Assembly (NCBI GenBank): GCA_044225505.1
Contig: JBGAIN010000004.1
Location: 134,572 to 154,571 of the forward strand
Length of the DNA stretch: 20,000 nucleotides
From: Limisphaerales bacterium
GTDB lineage: Bacteria > Verrucomicrobiota > Verrucomicrobiia > Limisphaerales > SIBE01
Direction: 5' to 3'
Numbering within the stretch: the stretch's first letter is position 1; each line of letters opens with the position of its first letter. The notes below the pieces were generated by a model. The model saw only the letters and a program-made list of their open reading frames with translations, was not told the origin of the DNA and ran no database searches. Of the stretch, positions 17,401-20,000 are shown one piece after another. The position numbers were made by a program, and so were the translations under genes.

Positions 17401-17744
17401 AGCGACAATCGGCTATTCGGCAGCACGTTGACAGTTATGGTCGAACCCACACCAGCCGCCGGGGTATAGGTAATATTATCTAGCTTGGTGTGGCGAGCGT
17501 CGTGAATGGAAATCTGGATGGGAATAGCGCCGTATTCGAGATTGCCATCGCTTTTCTCACTCGGCTCCATGCGCCACGGAGCGTCCAGGCCAAACTCGAA
17601 GGTCCCTTCCATCCCGGCGATGCCAAAGGCCGGGATTGGGAAAGCCATGAGAAGAGCGAGCAAGGCGCCAAGACACGCGCGAACCGTCCTATAGGATTGG
17701 AGCGACTCCGCCCAGCGGCTGCGGCCGAGAACAAACGATTGCAT
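14493..17744 (-). CDS. Large exported PHP-fold metallohydrolase (CehA/McbA-like) with C-terminal FFRA module
   Basis: Signal-like segment RACLGALLALLMAFPIPAFG; PHP metal motifs in order: WLYGDLHYHS, AVDH, GGEID, RQH, IAHH, LEFWN, GGSDAH; then CVTDGP and YGNPIW; Pro/Gly linker; terminal VSITFEG...LDGPFVDIVGAVSPY...FFRAR. Start is uncertain (17744 ATG or 17798 TTG). Confidence 0.88.
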   Translation of the reverse strand: MQSFVLGRSRWAESLQSYRTVRACLGALLALLMAFPIPAFGIAGMEGTFEFGLDAPWRMEPSEKSDGNLEYGAIPIQISIHDARHTKLDNITYTPAAGVGSTITVNVLPNSRLSLGRFRAVRIKELGPTEMAAVDFPLRSLHELEFTTGDWPWPVGPSNQPFHKVCRIWNGEDPEPFREVAETSEWHATLYYSPKNRDPGTVVALQIEVLLERQRTVLGFPITEVITLRNYARVYLSPAPLPRFDNRWLYGDLHYHSQGTDNEGESAYNYRGVVRAMGAMGMDFVFAVDHASSSEQIVDADLPPVHKIAEVAHSHGDKLFESDARATGGVARDLNAFRYAFCHELIYGAGGVNSEATLRAGSRRPQNFLSYDVFPQIFLGGEIDAVGEVSLATVKANTIQTVAGPVIVNIPYGNGLKFELGTLCAPGGCNDPRQSLLTIGDAESALVNDFQSLESFQFFGRQHLVYFPNTSAPTVGNESAFIPSQTSRFGGATRRLDSAFSVSGSTGQPLLPEVERKGVVFIAHHLNASSGGRGPDSVPWTTDHMLLKGFRSPAVLGLEFWNEDVRFRTRVCSHDFCRPNGGDLGTFLGQERGYERNEKLQASSANPLEDLLVFVVEGITGLDLVPEEFHKIALPLEEARRGFTGDRLFELVPFDLRTGAWQLNTGATEHTLIHGAFDWDVMNLTGLDFENKARLAWLQPGEPRRFFMGGGSDAHGDLNYRRAGYFLGTDDANDTAIGKPRNLVFAGAPEGPVILTLDPPITRDPGGPITTPGPIGPRRIRAHSHEQMVRALRGGQFCVTDGPALRMAIDLNGNGQIDETDIQMGGIHSFAPRTDRSAPAVRGQKLTLLTEVISTPEFGGILDIDVYVGVHPAPTSAGSTVKVEPRVYAPLDHGPTHGLGAKGSAFSYESNGRNYVRRTDNYWDGQFLGDIVTWNHVPGASLRFSHTLVTTLDLDKYQVGQGIPADRFFVRAFARTGGGTHEPVAQRYAYGNPIWLRRNAPVSGLETGGGSNNPSEPAPPIGPPSRLPTVRAAVTPQGEVSITFEGICTFSPRLDGPFVDIVGAVSPYIAPKGQAGFFRARTP

Positions 17745-17773
17745 AGTTGTATCGGTGGTAAGCTGGCCGTGAG

Positions 17774-17816
17774 GACATTCTTTCAAAGAAAATGTCAAAT
17801 CTTGCCGTTACGGCAA
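17774..17816. promoter_or_regulatory. Two adjacent palindromes in the divergent intergenic region (candidate operator/promoter)
   Basis: GACATT(17774-79)...AATGTC(17791-96) and TTGCCGT-T-ACGGCAA (17802-17816); a perfect TTGACA on the minus strand (17798-17793) faces the PHP gene. Confidence 0.4.
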
Positions 17817-17860
17817 AAGTCCTTGAAAGATAGCTTGCTTGAGCGGCTTACCAGAGTTGA

Positions 17861-18511
17861 ATGGAACCTATGTTCGTGGAGCCTCCAACAGACTCCTGGC
17901 TGCCCACACGACAAAGCCTGCTCTCGCGTTTGCGCAATTGCGAAGACCAAGCAGGTTGGCGTGAGTTTTTCGACACCTACTGGCGGTTGATTTATAATGT
18001 CGCCCGCCGATCTGGTTTGGGAGAAGCCCAAGCCGAAGATGTCGTCCAGAACACCTTCATTTACCTCACTCGCCGGATGCCCAATTTCCGCTATGACGCC
18101 CAACGCGGGTCATTCAAGTCCTGGCTGCGGGTAGTCACGCGCTCCCGGATTAATGTCTTTTTGCGGACGGGTAACCCATCCGGCGTTCGTTTCCGGGAGC
18201 ATCCAGCGGACTTTGAGGGCGAGAGTGTGAACCCGCTCGAGGACATCCCCGACGATTCCTCCGAGGCTCTCGACGAGGTTTGGCAACGGGAGTGGGAGGA
18301 AAACCTGCTCCACACTGCCTTTCAACGCGTGCGGGCGAAAGTGAGCTCCCAGCAGTTGCTCATTTTCCGAGTGGCCATGTTGGGAGAATTGTCTCTATCC
18401 CAAGTGGCCAACAAATTGGGCGTAAGCCTGGCGCAGGTCTACCTGGCGCGCCATCGCGTGGGCAAGCTACTTAAGAATGAGGTTCAGCGATTGCGGGCCG
18501 AGACCGAGTAG
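17861..18511 (+). CDS. ECF (sigma-70 family group 4) RNA polymerase sigma factor, kinase-associated type
   Basis: PTRQSLLSRLR...AGWREFFDTYWRLIY...QAEDVVQ...GSFKSWLRVV (region 2) and SLSQVANKLGVSLAQVYLARHRV (region 4 HTH); its stop is 6 nt before the kinase gene. Confidence 0.95.
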   Translation: MEPMFVEPPTDSWLPTRQSLLSRLRNCEDQAGWREFFDTYWRLIYNVARRSGLGEAQAEDVVQNTFIYLTRRMPNFRYDAQRGSFKSWLRVVTRSRINVFLRTGNPSGVRFREHPADFEGESVNPLEDIPDDSSEALDEVWQREWEENLLHTAFQRVRAKVSSQQLLIFRVAMLGELSLSQVANKLGVSLAQVYLARHRVGKLLKNEVQRLRAETE

Positions 18512-18517
18512 CTTGTT

Positions 18518-20000
18518 GTGACCCCCCTGCCGCTCATCCCCGACCATACGCTCCTCCGGCCCATCGGACGCGGCGCTTACGGGGAAGTCTGGCTGGCCCG
18601 CAACATCATGGGCGCATTGCGGGCCGTCAAAGTCGTCCAACGCGGCCAGTTTGAAAGCGAGCGGCCGTACGAACGCGAATTCGACGGAATTCAACGTTAT
18701 GAACCGGTTTCGCGCAGTTCCAACGGGCTGGTTCACTTGCTCCACGTCGGACGCAATGAGGGCGCCGGCTACTTTTACTATGTCATGGAACTGGCGGATA
18801 ACGCTCTCATCCTCGCCGGGCACAAATCCACGGAACCAATTCGGCAAAGGCAAAGCCGCAGAGTTCTCAGGCCCGAGGTGCAGCCAGACCCTACCCAGCC
18901 TTCCTATGTCCCACGGACGCTTCGTGAAGACCTGAGGCGCCTGGGCCGGTTGCCCACTGCCGATTGTCTGCGGCTGGCCTTGGACGTGGTCAGCGGCTTG
19001 GCTCAGCTTCACCGACATCAACTCGTCCACCGCGACGTCAAACCGGGCAACATCATCTTCGTAGAGGGCCACGCAAAGCTCGCCGATATCGGTTTAGTCT
19101 CCTCACGCGAAGAAGGGCGCACGTTTGTCGGAACGGAAGGGTACATTCCTCCGGAAGGGCCTGGTTCAGCTGGGGCGGATCTCTATGCGCTCGGTGTGGT
19201 GCTCTATGAAGCGAGCACCGGCAATCGGCCGGAACAATTCCCTGATATTCCCACGGAATGGCTGAGTGATCCCGCCGGCGATGAAGCACTCGAATTTCAC
19301 GAAGTAATTCTGAAGGCGTGTGAAAGCCAGCGCGAACGGCGTTACCAAACGGCCGACGAAATGCAGGCGGATCTGGCGCTGCTCCAAAGCGGGCAGAGCG
19401 TCCGACAAACCCGCACGCTCGAACGGCGTTATGCCCGCCTCCGCATGGTGGGTGTCCTGGGAACGATCCTACTGGCCGGTGCGCTCCTGGTGGCAGGGTT
19501 AGCGCGTTATCGGGAACGCGTGGCGGCGACCATTCAAGCCCGGGAAACGGCTTTGCGCCAACAGGCACAGCAATCTTTAACGCGAGCTGAAGCTGCTGAA
19601 CACGACGCCCGCGAACAGCTCTACACTGCCCTCCTGGAGCAGGCCAAAGCCACCACCCGGAGCGGCGAACTCGGCCAGAGAGTGCGGGCACTCAATGCTG
19701 TCCAGCGCGCCGCCGCCCTTTCCAACACGGTCGAGTTGCGGCGGGAAGCGTTCGCAGCACTTGCTTTGCCTGACCTGCAACTTGAGCGGGAAATCACCTT
19801 CACCCAAGATGAAGGTGGGCGCGCATGTGATCCTTCGTTCCGTCGATTTGCAGTGTGCCCGGGCCGCGGCTCGGTGGAGATTCGTGCCGTGGCCGACAAC
19901 CAACTGCTGGCCACGTTGCCGCCAGCCGTGGACGGGATCGGGTATGTGAAGTATTGGAACGACGACGGCCGTTATTTGGCCGTCAAGCGCGACGTCGACC
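18518..20000 (+). CDS. Hanks-type Ser/Thr protein kinase with transmembrane helix and probable WD40-like C-terminal region (3' partial; absent from the ORF track)
   Basis: Translation from GTG 18518: IGRGAYGEVWLA, RAVK, YYVMELAD, HRDVKPGNII, LADIGLV, VGTEGYIPPE, ADLYALGVVLYE; TM segment MVGVLGTILLAGALLVAGLA (about 19445-19505); helical linker; ...YWNDDGRYLAV at the edge. No stop found in this frame. Confidence 0.95.
   Translation, partial: MTPLPLIPDHTLLRPIGRGAYGEVWLARNIMGALRAVKVVQRGQFESERPYEREFDGIQRYEPVSRSSNGLVHLLHVGRNEGAGYFYYVMELADNALILAGHKSTEPIRQRQSRRVLRPEVQPDPTQPSYVPRTLREDLRRLGRLPTADCLRLALDVVSGLAQLHRHQLVHRDVKPGNIIFVEGHAKLADIGLVSSREEGRTFVGTEGYIPPEGPGSAGADLYALGVVLYEASTGNRPEQFPDIPTEWLSDPAGDEALEFHEVILKACESQRERRYQTADEMQADLALLQSGQSVRQTRTLERRYARLRMVGVLGTILLAGALLVAGLARYRERVAATIQARETALRQQAQQSLTRAEAAEHDAREQLYTALLEQAKATTRSGELGQRVRALNAVQRAAALSNTVELRREAFAALALPDLQLEREITFTQDEGGRACDPSFRRFAVCPGRGSVEIRAVADNQLLATLPPAVDGIGYVKYWNDDGRYLAVKRDVD

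Noticed and set aside
18467..19914. Minus-strand ORFs 18467-19072, 19053-19691 and others
   Set aside because: Shadows of the plus-strand kinase, which carries the expected Hanks motifs in one open frame.
1..20000. CRISPR array, tRNA, rRNA or riboswitch
   Set aside because: No regularly spaced short repeats or recognisable RNA consensus found by eye in the intergenic gaps; an Rfam scan would be needed to exclude them fully.

Overview
GC-rich bacterial window, most likely Verrucomicrobiota (Pedosphaera/Limisphaera-like); this is inferred from the ECF sigma plus DIG-type Ser/Thr kinase pair and from short 'W...F[FY]RL' modules on the exported proteins. The left 11.7 kb holds two tandem minus-strand paralogues of a giant exported multidomain protein: copy A at 4508-11746 (about 2,400 aa once frameshifts are repaired) and copy B from 3648 to beyond the left edge (many indels), separated by a small secreted protein. 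They share one collinear scaffold: signal peptide, FxRL module, Ig-like and carboxypeptidase-regulatory-like domains, DxDxDG Ca-binding repeats, LVIVD-like propeller and further Ig-like domains; A then ends in a beta-helix-like tail. At the same internal position each carries an unrelated Cys-rich cassette, and B's cassette ends in an in-frame Cys-Gly-Gly-TGA. The right half holds an alpha/beta hydrolase, a FEZ-1-like subclass B3 metallo-beta-lactamase with a shortened active-site loop, a small hypothetical protein, and a ~1,080 aa exported PHP-type metallohydrolase. Divergent from that hydrolase are an ECF sigma factor and a membrane Ser/Thr kinase that runs off the right edge. I saw no RNA genes, CRISPR array or transposase.
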